DNA of 64,000 nt, from assembly GCA_963786445.1 (NCBI GenBank), contig CAWAZU010000037.1, forward strand, positions 5,809-69,808, given 5' to 3'. The notes beneath the pieces are model-generated. The model was not told the origin of the DNA. It searched no databases and saw only the letters and a list, made by a program, of their open reading frames with translations. This stretch comes from an uncultured Pseudomonadota bacterium (GTDB lineage Bacteria > Pseudomonadota > Alphaproteobacteria > Acetobacterales > Acetobacteraceae). Shown here in pieces: positions 19,388 to 28,771 of the stretch (position 1 is the first letter of the stretch; each line of letters starts with the position of its first letter). The translations under genes and the position numbers were made by a program.

Positions 19388-19636
19388 TCAGACCGGCTCC
19401 GCGCTGCCCGGCTCGTGCATTTCGCTGCGCGCCTCGGCGGCGAGGTCGCTGGCGGTCTCGCTGACATAGCCGACGGCGCCCTGGACGCGGTCGTAGGCCA
19501 TCAGGCCCGCCTTGATCACCGCCTTGGCCGCCGGCCGCAGCACCGGGCGCAGGACAGGCAGCAGCACGGCCGCGCCGATCCCGACCGCGAGACCCGGACC
19601 AACTCCGCCCTCGAACATATTCTCGAACCACGCCAT
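19388..19636 (-). CDS. Small membrane protein, paralog 3 (DUF5132-like)
   Basis: 82 aa. MAWFENMFEGG...GLAVGIGAAVLLPVL...AAEARSEM. Its TGA stop is immediately followed by the ATPase ATG with a zero-nt gap. Confidence 0.7.
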   Translation of the reverse strand: MAWFENMFEGGVGPGLAVGIGAAVLLPVLRPVLRPAAKAVIKAGLMAYDRVQGAVGYVSETASDLAAEARSEMHEPGSAEPV

Positions 19637-19718
19637 GGCTTACCTCCACGCGAACAGGGAAAGCTGCAAAGGCTAGCGGCCGGCAGCCGTATTGCACGGC
19701 CCCTCACGCCGTGTTGCG

Positions 19719-20180
19719 TCACCAGTCTTCAACCAACACCTGTGCCGCTTGGTCCAGAATCGCGCGCCGACGCGGCGACGCGCGTTCCTGCGCCCGTGCC
19801 AGCGCACGACGGAAATGCGCAACGTGGCGGTGGTACCGGCTCGCAGCGTCATCGTCATTCCAGGCATAGCGCCGGGATCGTGTGCGCGCCGCCCCCTCGA
19901 ACCTCTGCACGGTTTCCCGCGCCAGTTGCTGCCGGTGTTCGCGCGTGCCGGAACCGGAGATCGTTTCCAGCAATATCTTGACGGCGGTTTCGGCAAGCTT
20001 GCTCATCGCGCCGCCCTCCGCCTCGGCCTCCGCCTCGAGAAACAAGGCGAGGCCGGATCTAAGCGCCGTGCGCAGCGGCCGCGCGAGCTGGGGCAGAATG
20101 ACCGGCAGCACCAGCGTCGCCGCACCCGCAGCCGCGAGCACCGCGATGTTGCCCTCCAGGGCGCTTTCAAACATGGCCAT
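19719..20180 (-). CDS. Membrane protein, paralog 4 with extended C-terminal region
   Basis: 153 aa. The N-terminus MAMFESALEGN + helix AAAGAATLVLPVILP matches the paralog family. The 90-aa charged C-terminal extension is unique to this copy. Confidence 0.55.
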   Translation of the reverse strand: MAMFESALEGNIAVLAAAGAATLVLPVILPQLARPLRTALRSGLALFLEAEAEAEGGAMSKLAETAVKILLETISGSGTREHRQQLARETVQRFEGAARTRSRRYAWNDDDAASRYHRHVAHFRRALARAQERASPRRRAILDQAAQVLVEDW

Positions 20181-20434
20181 GCGGCAGGAACGCAGATGGG
20201 GCGGCGGCGTTCGCTACCATTCGGGTCCGATCAGCGCCCCGCTGGCGGCGCTCTACGCGCCGATCGTATCGGCAGCAGCACGACGGATGCGAACGACAGC
20301 ACGATCATGCGGCCCATGGCAGCGCCTCGGAAAATGGCCATGCGCCTCCTGCGGGCGTTCGGGTGAGCCTGCGGATGCGCATGCCGCATGTCCAAAACTG
20401 GTCAGTTTCCATCAACCCCTTCCCGGTCGCCCAT

Positions 20435-21334
20435 TTAGAAGCGGAAGCCGACGGCGAGCACCGGGCCGTAGGCGACCAGATTAAGCTCACGTGAACTGCC
20501 GTCCGGCCGGACCTGGATGCTGCGGTCGGTGCCAAGGGCGGCAAAGGCAAGACCCACGTCGAGCCATCGCGTGATCAGGTAGGACGCGCCGAGCCGAGCG
20601 TTCCATCCCCATACGCCCCCATCGACACCCAGGCCCGTGATTGCCGACGCGAGCTCGATCCGCCAGTGCGGCGAGGGATAGTAGTCGGCGCGGAAGCCGA
20701 GCCATGGCTGCACGAAGTCGTAGCTGACGCTGGCCCCACCGAAGCGGGATTCTGCGAACGACACCGATGCGCTGGTCGCGAAATACGAGATGCCGGCGCG
20801 CACGTCGAAGGAGACGTTGTTGGGGGCAAAATTCGGAATGATCTGGTAGCCGATCCCCGGCGAGACGTATACGACAGAGTCGCTGGCCTCCAGCCTGGCT
20901 TGCGGCACATTGACCAGCGCCGGAAAGGTCTTGGTCTGGTGCGCCGAGATCCAATCGACGTCAAGCTCTGCGGACCATGGTCCGTAGCGGACCAGCCCAT
21001 CGCCGACGAACGCGCCGTTCAGTGAATCCACCAAGTTGGAAACCGTCACGCGGGGCCGGTTGATGCTGATATCCGTGCCGGGCGGCCGGTTCAGCCCGAT
21101 CGTCGCATTCAGCGCGGGCAGCCACAGATACGGCGTCAGCTCGACCTGAATACGATACGATCCGTCTGGCGAATAGCCATCCCGGTTAGAGAACAACTGT
21201 GCCCGCGCGGGCCCGGCAGACGTGATTGTGATCGCGAGGGCGGCCGCTACCAATACGCCCCCTGCGGCTGGCTTCGGCGGGATGTTGGCGATGCGTGCCA
21301 CACGCACGAGTTTGCCGCGATCACGGCCCATCAT
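20435..21334 (-). CDS. Putative outer-membrane beta-barrel protein
   Basis: Signal-like AALAITITSAGPARA. Alternating hydrophobic beta-strand pattern, aromatic-rich, with a terminal ...AVGFRF ending in Phe. The start is uncertain (the ORF extends to 21472). Confidence 0.55.
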   Translation of the reverse strand: MMGRDRGKLVRVARIANIPPKPAAGGVLVAAALAITITSAGPARAQLFSNRDGYSPDGSYRIQVELTPYLWLPALNATIGLNRPPGTDISINRPRVTVSNLVDSLNGAFVGDGLVRYGPWSAELDVDWISAHQTKTFPALVNVPQARLEASDSVVYVSPGIGYQIIPNFAPNNVSFDVRAGISYFATSASVSFAESRFGGASVSYDFVQPWLGFRADYYPSPHWRIELASAITGLGVDGGVWGWNARLGASYLITRWLDVGLAFAALGTDRSIQVRPDGSSRELNLVAYGPVLAVGFRF

Positions 21335-21473
21335 CGCCTCGCGCCTGCGTCGTACCAATCCGGTCAAGCCGGTCGGCTCTGCGATGCACTGGCGCGCCGG
21401 AACGGCCGACACCGGCGCCGGCACATGGCTGGCTGTTATCATGGCCGAACGGCTGCGGCCGTTCATGCGCATG

Positions 21474-21908
21474 TCAGTCGGCGAGCGATACCTTCAGGCC
21501 CTCGGCCGCCAGCGAGAGGCTCAGGCCGGACGTGGTGGACGTCAGGTGGATCACCACGCCGTTCTGGTTCCGCATCGCCGCGATGCTGCCGCCGCCGCCG
21601 AGCGTGGCGCCGGCCGCGACCGAGGTGAAGACGCCGTTGATGCCCTGTGGCGTCTTCAGCCCCTCCACGCTTCCGGCCGCGGTGTATTGGGTGACGCCGA
21701 CGCTTGCGAGCGAGACGCCGCTGATGTTGAGCGGATAGCGATTGCCCTGGAAGATGAGGGTGCCTTTGCCCCAGCTGTAGCCGATGCCTGCGGCGACGGA
21801 GCCGCCCGACAGTTCGATGACGCCATCCGGCGTCTGAGCCGAAGACGGGACAGGATGGGCCAGGAGCAGCCCGAGGCCGACGCCAAGGGTGGCGAGTGAC
21901 GTACGCAT
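21474..21908 (-). CDS. Exported Gly-rich hypothetical protein (paralog of 35332-35862)
   Basis: ATG at 21908 follows GGAGG. Signal peptide MRTSLATLGVGLGLLLAHPVPSSAQ. It shares G.L..QG..YP...G...NGVV.HL....L.LSL with the 35.3-kb lipoprotein. Confidence 0.6.
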   Translation of the reverse strand: MRTSLATLGVGLGLLLAHPVPSSAQTPDGVIELSGGSVAAGIGYSWGKGTLIFQGNRYPLNISGVSLASVGVTQYTAAGSVEGLKTPQGINGVFTSVAAGATLGGGGSIAAMRNQNGVVIHLTSTTSGLSLSLAAEGLKVSLAD

Positions 21909-22060
21909 TGCATGACCTCCTTCAGGGTATATTCCTCCGCTTCGCCAGCGCTTCTGGCGCTCCGGCAGCGGCGGAGGCCGTATTGAGGGATCCGACACGC
22001 CCCACTGAGGAGTTTGGCAAATCCCGCGGTGTCAGATTGAAATGCCGCCGGGCTTCCCGA

Positions 22061-22072
22061 CTATGCAGATTT
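22061..22072 (-). repeat. Copy A of the recurrent motif (AAATCTGCATAG on the minus strand)
   Basis: It overlaps the stop codon of the AraC gene and lies about 153 nt upstream of the start at 21908. Confidence 0.6.
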
Positions 22073-23071
22073 GGCAAGTCGCGCGGAAAAATGTGGACCT
22101 CGGAGGCGTCGCAGAGTGGTCGAAGGGCTTTCACCGAAGACGGTCCGGTAGATGACCGCGAAGCGGCCAAGTTCGGTAAAGCCGTGGCGCCTCGCGTGCT
22201 CAGCCACTGTCGCTGTCGCCGGATCAGCGCGAAGCAGCGCCCTGCGGACTCGGTTGAGCCGCCGCAGGATCAGATACCGGCGCGCGCTGATGCCGAGGAA
22301 CTCATGACAGCAAGCGCGCAAGGTCAGCCCCGACACGCCGACGGCGGCGCACAGTTCGGATATGCGCCACGCATAGTCAGGGTCCACTGCGAGCGCATCC
22401 TCGAACCGAACCATGATGCTGGCGTGCCTGCGCTTCTCCGTCCAAGCGGGACGGATTTCGGCTTCGGTCAGACATGTCACCAGCGCCACGGTCAGATCCT
22501 GCTCAAGGCTGCGGGCAACCTCGGGGTGTGTGATCATATCCGCCCGCCTCTCGGCGAACCGGCCGGCCTGGGCATACAGGCGCATCAGCCGCGCCGTCGC
22601 GCGCGCGGGCGGCCGCAGCGCCTTGCCGGTGACCGGGACGAGGAGATCCGCTCCCGAGAGCGCCCGGCCATAGCCGGCAAGGTATTCAGGTGCGAGCGAT
22701 ATCCAGCCCCAGCGGCTGGGCCCGCTGGTCCGCTGGTAGAAACGCTCGCCGCGGCAATGGAACACGACGTCACCCACGTGCAGTTCCACCCCATTCCAGA
22801 TCGGCGGCGGGTCCGAGTGGAGCGGGAACGCGATGATGTTCCGATGCCGCGTCAGCGCAATGGAGGCAATGCGGGGCAACTCTTCCCTGGCGCGCAGCAA
22901 GCTGAGGTTGTGCAAGTCGGTGCTGGTGAGGCACGCCGTGAAATCGCCGGGGGCCGTGAGGACAAGGTCGATCGACGCACCAGGAATACTGATCTCGTAG
23001 GCCTCGGGATCGATGAAGTTATATGTGCCACTCCCAGGCATTCGAAAGGCCTCGCTGCACTGGCCGCTCAC
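22061..23071 (-). CDS. AraC family transcriptional regulator
   Basis: 336 aa. The C-terminal double HTH is ISELCAAVGVSGLTLRACCHEFLGISARRYLILRRLNRVRRAL...VAEHARRHGFTELGRFAVIYRTVFGESP. Confidence 0.85.
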   Translation of the reverse strand: MSGQCSEAFRMPGSGTYNFIDPEAYEISIPGASIDLVLTAPGDFTACLTSTDLHNLSLLRAREELPRIASIALTRHRNIIAFPLHSDPPPIWNGVELHVGDVVFHCRGERFYQRTSGPSRWGWISLAPEYLAGYGRALSGADLLVPVTGKALRPPARATARLMRLYAQAGRFAERRADMITHPEVARSLEQDLTVALVTCLTEAEIRPAWTEKRRHASIMVRFEDALAVDPDYAWRISELCAAVGVSGLTLRACCHEFLGISARRYLILRRLNRVRRALLRADPATATVAEHARRHGFTELGRFAVIYRTVFGESPSTTLRRLRGPHFSARLAKSA

Positions 23072-23387
23072 CGATCGAACTCGTGATGTTCCCTCCAGCG
23101 TGCCGCACCGGTTCGGGCGTGGCTATGCGATATCGGCCGGCTTGAGCGAGCGAGTTCGCACGCTTGGCCTGGGCGCCGGTCCTGCGCAATTGCGATCGAT
23201 AAGATTGCGGTGACATCGGCAGGGCGGCCGCAACTGTCACGGTGCGGGTTGCGCGCGAGACTGTCGTCGACAACTCTCCTTCTGGTTTGGCCAGGAGCAG
23301 GAGAGCACGTTCATCCCTGCCGTGCCGCCGCAATCCTGCGCGGGAATTGCCCTTGCCGAACGGAAGAGCATCCGGGTCGGCAGACGA

Positions 23388-24011
23388 TCAGAACCAGCCC
23401 CGCGGCGCAGGCTGGATCGAGACGGCGAGCGTCTCGCTTACCACTGCGGTGATGGTGTCACCGACCTTCAACTGTGAGAGCATGGGGATTCGTGCAGGGT
23501 CGGTGACGTCCACCGTGTAGACGCCGCCGCCAGATGGGCTGACGACGTCGACACGGTGCGCCGCCATGTCGATACCCACGACGAGGCCGCTCATCTTCGT
23601 GACACGCACGCCGACGCCGCCGGGTGCCTGCGCAGGTTGGCTGGTGACCAGCGTACTTTCATCGACAGACCGTGGGGTGCCATTGCCGCCTTGCGGCTGC
23701 GAGACGACAAAGGCCACCGAACGATAGTACTTGGCGTTCACCGTATCGCCGACCTTCAGCAGGTCGAGGCGCACAATTGGTCCAGCAGTGACGGTAACCC
23801 GCGAGCCCGAACGGCCGAGAAGCGTCACCTTCCGTGTGCTGGGATCAATCGACTGGATCTTGGCGTAGACGGTCACCGCCTCGGATTCGGGCACGACATT
23901 CGCCACTGCCGGATTGCCTTGCGCCGCCGCAAAAGGCGCAAGCGACATCGGCAGGCAGGCAGCGCAGATGATCAGTGCTGCTTCCATGGCCCTTCGAGGG
24001 AACGCTATCAT
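23388..24011 (-). CDS. Exported hypothetical protein with an internal duplicated KVGD-containing beta module
   Basis: Signal peptide ...AALIICAACLPMSLAPFAAAQG. There are two similar segments (LLKVGDTVNAKYY..., QLKVGDTITAVVS...). The alternative start is 23987. Confidence 0.5.
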   Translation of the reverse strand: MIAFPRRAMEAALIICAACLPMSLAPFAAAQGNPAVANVVPESEAVTVYAKIQSIDPSTRKVTLLGRSGSRVTVTAGPIVRLDLLKVGDTVNAKYYRSVAFVVSQPQGGNGTPRSVDESTLVTSQPAQAPGGVGVRVTKMSGLVVGIDMAAHRVDVVSPSGGGVYTVDVTDPARIPMLSQLKVGDTITAVVSETLAVSIQPAPRGWF

Positions 24012-24156
24012 TGGGTCCGCTTTCCTTCGCTGCTGGATTGAGGAGCAGTATCGCGATTGCCGGGGCAAAATGGCCCGTGGCCATAACGACCGGGGCGGAT
24101 GCACCAGAGCCGAGGCTTTGCCCGCGTCGGAACCTGGGCGCGATCCGGCTGGCTGG

Positions 24157-24168
24157 CTATGCAGATTC
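24157..24168 (-). repeat. Copy B of the recurrent motif (GAATCTGCATAG on the minus strand)
   Basis: It lies in the 268-bp gap between the sulfatase stop and the 24011 start, 146 nt upstream of that start. Confidence 0.6.
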
Positions 24169-24279
24169 AGCCCTGCCTCTGGCGGATGCAGCGTCCGCAG
24201 GCAGCGGGGCGCGGCACGCTCGCAGCCGCCCGCCCCGGCCTGGCCTTGGGCGGGCGGCGTCATCGAAGCCGTGCGCCGG

Positions 24280-25944
24280 CTACTCCGTGGCGCCTTTCAT
24301 CGCCTTGATGCGTGCTTCGATTTCGGCCTTGACGGCTTCAAGATTGAAGCTCGCCCCGCGCTGCATCGGCGGGTAGTCGATGAAAGTGAGCGCGTATTCG
24401 GCGACTTTCTGCTGGAGGAACACGAATCGCCAGAATTCGTGGATGTAGAAATCCCCCACGTATTCGAACGAGCCGTCGTTGCCCCGCATGAACCCCATCC
24501 GCTCGAACGGATCGAGCCGCAGATTGGTGAGGATCGGCATATCAACGTGGACCGTTCCGCCAATCCATCCGTTTGGCTGATCGATCATCCTGAACTTCCA
24601 GTCGTCGATGCGAACCGCGCCCAGGGTCCCTTCCGCGAAATAGAAAATCTCGTGGCGGCTGGACGGTCCTTTGCCGGTCAGCACGTTGGTCTGGTCGTAG
24701 CCGTCGAGATGAACCTTGTAGGTGCTCTCACCGAGTTGCTTGCCTTTCAGCAATTCTTCTTTGATGCCCGGGCTGCCGGCGAAGGCGACCAGGGTCGGAA
24801 AGAAGTCCAGACCCGAGAAGATACCGTTCTCGACCTTGCCGGCGGGGATATGCCCCGGCCAGCGGGCGATCATCGGCACCCGCATGCCGCCTTCCATGAT
24901 CGTCCCCTTTCCGGCGGCGAACGGCGTGTTGCCGCCGTCGGGCCAGGTGAAGTTCTCGGCGCCGTTGTCGGTTGTGAACACGACGATCGTGTTGTTCTCG
25001 AGGCCGTCGGACTTCAACTTCTCCAGCACGCCGCCGACGATGTCGTCCAGCTGAGACATCACGCCTTCCTCCAGATACCACCCGTTCTCCGGCGTCAGCC
25101 GGTTCTGGTATTTGGGTGACAGATGCGAGATGACGTGCACGCGCGTGGGGTTCAGCCAGACGAAGAACGGCTTGCCGTCCTTTTCGGCCTTGTCGATGAA
25201 TTTCACGGTGTGATCGAGAATGTCCTCGTCGACGGTCTCCATGTTGTACTTGATGCCGGGCATCGGGTGCGGCGGCAGCGGCCCCTCATCGACAATTCGC
25301 TGCTTGCCGACCTTGCCCCAGCGCGGTTGCACGGTCTGATCGTCGGTGTCGGCGGCAAACGTGTGCAGCAGGTTGCGCGGGCCGATGGTGTCCTTCAGCG
25401 CCGGTGGATAAGAGTGCCAGAACGGGTCTTCCATCGCGTCGAGGTGGTAGAGATAGCCCCAGAACTCGTCAAATCCGTGCAAAGTCGGCAGGTACTGGTT
25501 CAGGTCGCCGAGATGGTTCTTGCCGAACTGGCCGGTTTCGTAGCCCAGTGCCTTCAGCGCGGTGGCGATCGTGGGGGCCGCGTCGGGCATGCCGACCTTG
25601 GCGCCGGCTTGGCCAACCGTGGTCAGGCCGGTGCGGATCGGCAGTTCGCCGGTGATGAAGTTGGCGCGGCCGGCGGTGCAGCTCGGCTCCGCGTAATAGT
25701 CGGTGAAGCGCATGCCGTCGGCCGCTAGCTTATCGAGATTCGGCGTCGTGTTATACATGAGTCCCTGGTGATACGCGCCGACGTTCGACCAGCCGACATC
25801 GTCACCCATGATGACGATGATATTGGGTTTCTGCGCCGGGCTCTGCGCCTGTGCAGAGCCGGCAGCGAACAGCGTACCGGCCAGCAGAGGCCCGATAGCG
25901 AGCCCGCTAAAAAAGCCTGGGCGATGACTTTCGCAACATTGCAC
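24280..25944 (-). CDS. Arylsulfatase (Cys-type, formylglycine-dependent sulfatase family)
   Basis: NIIVIMGDDVGW...PSCTAGRANFITG carries the C-x-A-x-R sulfatase motif. Signal peptide GLAIGPLLAGTLFAAGSAQA. The GTG start at 25944 follows AGGAG, and the ORF is open up to 25998. Confidence 0.85.
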   Translation of the reverse strand: MQCCESHRPGFFSGLAIGPLLAGTLFAAGSAQAQSPAQKPNIIVIMGDDVGWSNVGAYHQGLMYNTTPNLDKLAADGMRFTDYYAEPSCTAGRANFITGELPIRTGLTTVGQAGAKVGMPDAAPTIATALKALGYETGQFGKNHLGDLNQYLPTLHGFDEFWGYLYHLDAMEDPFWHSYPPALKDTIGPRNLLHTFAADTDDQTVQPRWGKVGKQRIVDEGPLPPHPMPGIKYNMETVDEDILDHTVKFIDKAEKDGKPFFVWLNPTRVHVISHLSPKYQNRLTPENGWYLEEGVMSQLDDIVGGVLEKLKSDGLENNTIVVFTTDNGAENFTWPDGGNTPFAAGKGTIMEGGMRVPMIARWPGHIPAGKVENGIFSGLDFFPTLVAFAGSPGIKEELLKGKQLGESTYKVHLDGYDQTNVLTGKGPSSRHEIFYFAEGTLGAVRIDDWKFRMIDQPNGWIGGTVHVDMPILTNLRLDPFERMGFMRGNDGSFEYVGDFYIHEFWRFVFLQQKVAEYALTFIDYPPMQRGASFNLEAVKAEIEARIKAMKGATE

Positions 25945-26040
25945 GAGATCTCCTGGTGGGACTGAATCCGGGCCGCTGCCATGCCGGTGGCGGCTCAAGA
26001 TCCTGTCGCGCGCAGGCTATTGGCCGGGGAGCGTCGCCGC

Positions 26041-26052
26041 CTATGCAGATTG
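26041..26052 (-). repeat. Copy C of the recurrent motif (CAATCTGCATAG on the minus strand)
   Basis: It lies 97 nt upstream of the proposed sulfatase start at 25944. Confidence 0.6.
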
Positions 26053-26137
26053 GGCGGATCGCCGCATCCGCTCGCGCCCGGCCGGCCGCGGGTGGGACCG
26101 GTCGTTCCCCCGGGCTTGCGGCCCGCCACCACCTGGA

Positions 26138-27215
26138 TCACGTACCCCTGAGCATCGTCGTGCTTAGGTGGGACGAAAGCGGCGCTCCGTGCCGGGACGC
26201 CGTTTCGAACCGCCGCAATGTCACAGACGGCAATTCCCCGAAGGTCGCACGATACATGACCGCGAACCGGCCAAGCTCCCAGAAGCCGAATTCGGTTGCG
26301 ATCGCCGTGACGTTCGCACCCGCCGGGCTGCCGCGCATCAGAGCGCGTCGTGCGAGATGCAGCCGGCGCAGGGTCAGGAATCGACGGGGGCTCATTCCCA
26401 GCGCCTCCTGGCAATATTGTCGGAGAATGCGCGCGGAGACACCCACCGTCCGGCAGAGATCGGTCACATAAAGCGGTTGATCGAGGTCAGCTTCCACTGC
26501 GTCCATGAATTTCGTCATGATCTTGTCGCGGTGGCCCGTTGACCCCGGCTGGCTCTTGACACCTTCACCGGCAAGGCAGGCCAGCAGGTACTCGCGTTGC
26601 GGCTTCGGCGAAGGCGCGTGCGACCTCCGTCCCCGGGCGAACGCGGGGCGCCATCCGGATCAGTTCGCTGGCGGAGTTGGCAAGCGAGAAAAATCGCCCC
26701 AGCGCACCGGGAGAGGGTCTGACGATCCGGGCGGATTTGACGTCGACCGGATGGCCGATCAATGCGCGGGCGGCGCAACTCAGATGCTCGGGTGACGCCA
26801 TGACCCACAGGATATCGTTGCCGGGCGCGCTGCGCTGGACGGATTCCCCTCCGGGTGCGCCGACCTTGAGCTCCCCGGCGAGCATTTGTCTTCCCCGCAC
26901 GATCGGAAGCGGACCGGTGCCAATCCACCCCGTCAGTGCCAATCTGTCGGGCGGCAACGCGACGCGCATAATCCGCGCCAAGTTCACGCGCCCATACTGA
27001 AGCAGAATGGCGCCAGCATCGATTGCGGCCAGGCTGGCGTGAAAGTCGCCAGGCTCAATCACCTTGTATTCCACGTTGACGCCACAAATTCCGGCCTGCA
27101 GATCATCAGCGTCCACAAATGTGCGTTGTAATGCCGTAATCACTACAGGCCCTGTCTCTGTTGGGTGTATTTTAACAGAATGGATAATGATTCCGATATC
27201 GGAGCACTGACACAT
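26138..27215 (-). pseudogene. AraC family regulator with one frameshift near 26570-26590
   Basis: The N-terminal sensing part (26565-27215) and the C-terminal double HTH (LCRTVGVSARILRQYCQEALGMSPRRFLTLRRLHLARRAL...ATEFGFWELGRFAVMYRATFGELP, 26138-26518) are in different frames. Read-through in the HTH frame gives a continuous QREYLLACLAGEG... linker. The 5' end is lower in GC. Confidence 0.75.
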
Positions 27216-27436
27216 TGACGTAAATCAACACCGCAGTACGGATACGGAGTGCGGCATGTATTACAGGTGCAGTCGCGAGTATTGTGGCTCAACCATATGG
27301 TGAGCGCAGCGGTATATCTTCTGTTGACTCTGCCGTAACCTCAGACGGTTCTCACCAACAGTTAATTTAGGTGTCAAATGCCTGTGTGGCCGAGCGAGTG
27401 GTCTTACCGGCTTGAACTATCGGCTCGCCGCCCGAT

Positions 27437-28771
27437 TCAGGCCGCCTGCGCCCTGCCGACCGCCGATGCCGGTCCACCCGCCAAGGTGCCGGTCGGTGCA
27501 CCGGCGTCCCACATCAGGCGCGGATCGAAGCCCTCCGCGGCGAGCATGGTCAGGATCACCACGGCACAAAACGCGACCGCTCCGGCGCCAGGCTCGATCG
27601 TGACGATCGTGCCGAACCGGACCAGCGCCCCTAGCAATGCCTCCATGAAGATGTCGATCATCGACCATCGCCCGATCCACCGCACGACATGGTAGAGCCG
27701 AGTTCGATCACGCAGCCACCCCGAGCGCCCGGTCTGCGTTGCGACCAGCATGACGGTGAGTCCGATGAGCTTCAGCATCGGCACCGCGATGCTGGCGAAG
27801 AACACAAGCGCGGCCAGCGGATACATGCGGGACGAGATCAGTTCCCGGACTCCGCCGATGATCGTGCTCGGCGTTCCGGCGCCCAGTTGGACGACGGTGA
27901 GCACCGGGTAGTAGTTGGCAGGCAGATAGAGCACCGCGGCGGCGATCAGCAACGCCCAGGTGCGCTGCACGCTGTTCGGCTTGCGCGCGTGCAGCACCGA
28001 GCCGCAGCGTGGGCAGCTTGCCTCATCATTCCCCACGACGCTGACCAGCCCGCAGGCCTCGCAACCGCGAGCATCTGCCAGCCGGCGCGGCGGCAGCGCG
28101 GGCACCGCCCCGCGGCGCCCCGGTTCGCGCCGGTCCAGTGCGTCCCATACGGCATCCCGGTCGAGCGCACCCTCCGCCCACACCATGACGAAGGTGAGCG
28201 CCAGGAGCGCGAACACACCTGTTCCGAGATCGATCGTCACCAGGTCGCCGAGTTTCACATAGGCGACAAAGACCCCGAAGACGAAGACCTCGATCATCGA
28301 CCAGGGCGTCAGCCGTTCGACCATGACGAATATGCGACGCAAGTGGCGCGGCGGTGTCGCTTCGTGCAGGCGGATCAGCACATAGAGGGTGCCTGCCAGT
28401 TTCGCGAACGGCGCCAGGGCCGTCGTGAAGAGGACAGTCGCTGCCAGCGGGCCCATTCCGCGCCGCAGCAACTCCACCGGTCCCGCGAAGAGGTCGGCAT
28501 GGTGCAGCATGCCCGCGGCCTGGACCCGCATCAGCGTCGTGGTGCAGACGACCGCCAGCAGCACGAGGGCCGAGAGGGTGAGAGCGATGCTGCGTTCCAG
28601 CGGATGCACCCGGGCGCGGCGCAGCGTGGTGGTGCAGCGGCTGCAGCGGGCAACGGTGCCGGGCGCCAGCTCCGGTATGACCTGGAATAGCCCACATCCC
28701 GGGCACTCGCGCAGAGCGGCTTCGGTAAGCCCATCGTCATCGGACGCCGCAATGGACCAGGGCGGCGTCAT
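27437..28771 (-). CDS. pqiA: Paraquat-inducible protein A family membrane protein (two PqiA modules)
   Basis: There are two CxxC...CxxC zinc-ribbon-like motifs (CPGCG...CSRC and CEACG...CPRCG), each followed by 4 TM helices. 444 aa. Confidence 0.8.
   Translation of the reverse strand: MTPPWSIAASDDDGLTEAALRECPGCGLFQVIPELAPGTVARCSRCTTTLRRARVHPLERSIALTLSALVLLAVVCTTTLMRVQAAGMLHHADLFAGPVELLRRGMGPLAATVLFTTALAPFAKLAGTLYVLIRLHEATPPRHLRRIFVMVERLTPWSMIEVFVFGVFVAYVKLGDLVTIDLGTGVFALLALTFVMVWAEGALDRDAVWDALDRREPGRRGAVPALPPRRLADARGCEACGLVSVVGNDEASCPRCGSVLHARKPNSVQRTWALLIAAAVLYLPANYYPVLTVVQLGAGTPSTIIGGVRELISSRMYPLAALVFFASIAVPMLKLIGLTVMLVATQTGRSGWLRDRTRLYHVVRWIGRWSMIDIFMEALLGALVRFGTIVTIEPGAGAVAFCAVVILTMLAAEGFDPRLMWDAGAPTGTLAGGPASAVGRAQAA

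Noticed and set aside
14983-20180. Calling the ATPase cluster a ferrosome (fez) locus
   Set aside because: Ferrosome pumps are reported as P1B-6 heavy-metal-type ATPases. This pump has a P2-like IPEGLP M4 motif and no CPx-type site. I cannot verify homology of the small proteins to Fez proteins without a search, so only a loose analogy is retained.
20393-20406. Inverted repeat AAACTG-GT-CAGTTT between the OMP gene and the 19719 gene, as a ninth motif copy
   Set aside because: It shares only the AAACTG half with the recurrent motif and lacks the CATAG part. It may be an unrelated operator or part of a terminator, and is too short to call.
23118-23135. CTATGCGATATCGG upstream of the first AraC gene, and CTATGCGAATTC at 62257, as degenerate motif copies
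   Set aside because: They have two or more mismatches or an indel relative to the exact 8-mer core. Including them would inflate the count without support.
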